64,000 nucleotides of DNA. Origin: Camelus dromedarius. Lineage: Eukaryota. Shown piece after piece: positions 63,680 through 64,000 of this stretch (its first letter is position 1; each line of letters starts with the position of its first letter). The translations under genes and the position numbers were made by a program. The notes below the pieces were generated by a model that saw only the letters and a list, made by a program, of their open reading frames with translations, made no database searches and was not told the DNA's origin. The stretch lies in contig NC_087436.1 of assembly GCF_036321535.1 (NCBI RefSeq), positions 74,836,001-74,900,000 of the forward strand. Reading direction: 5' to 3'.

Positions 63680-64000
63680 GTGACACATTTCACCAAAGAA
63701 GACATACAGATGGTCAATAAGCATGTGAAAAGATGCCTAACATCATTAGTTACAGGGAAACACAAAACCACTGATAGAGAGCACGACACACCCGTGAGAA
63801 CAGCTAAAATGAAAACCAGCTGTGATGCCAAAGGCTGGTGGGGAGAAGCAGAGACTGGGTGGATAACTCATACATTGCTGGTGGGAACATAAAGTGATAC
63901 AGCCACTCGAGACAACAGTTTGGCAGTTTCTTTAAAAACTTAATAAGCAGCTACCATATGACCCAGCAATTGCACTCCTGGGAATTTATCCCAGACAAAT
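63680..64000 (+). mobile_element. Old L1 ORF2 C-terminal fragment (runs off the window)
   Basis: HFTKEDIQMVNKHVKRCLTSLV; ctaccatatgacccagcaattgcactcctggg. Confidence 0.85.

Noticed and set aside
63164..63686. 145-147 aa ORFs on both strands
   Set aside because: They lie within an antisense L2 3' end; chance open frames.
1..64000. CRISPR array, tRNA/rRNA genes or young tRNA-derived SINEs
   Set aside because: No regularly spaced repeat-spacer units and no intact Pol III A/B-box elements were seen; recurring sequences are explained by L1/LTR copies.

Overview
Mammalian genomic DNA dominated by interspersed repeats. I found no intact protein-coding gene, RNA gene or CRISPR array. The repeats are LINE-1 of several ages, L2, MIR, MaLR (MLT1), ERV-L (LTR16/LTR33/LTR41-like LTRs plus internal remnants), a MER41-like ERV1 solo LTR, and hAT-Charlie, hAT-Blackjack and Tigger MITEs. 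The young L1 3' UTR and the apparent absence of Alu, Bov-tA/CHR, PRE-1 and CanSINE elements suggest a camelid cetartiodactyl (inference). The only host-gene-derived sequence I recognise is a 5'-truncated, polyadenylated, disabled retrocopy of the NCAPG 3' end (44320-44566). Other notable structures: (1) a TSD-flanked young L1 with ORF1 joined directly to the ORF2 tail ('half-L1'-like); (2) a probable L1 3' transduction; (3) a MER41-like LTR with an intact GAS/STAT motif; (4) an ERV-L provirus with mismatched LTRs; (5) several templated-insertion scars inside old L1s. Repeat subfamily names are from recognition and need RepeatMasker/Dfam confirmation; boundaries of old repeats are approximate. 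I cannot support a wholly new biological system here.
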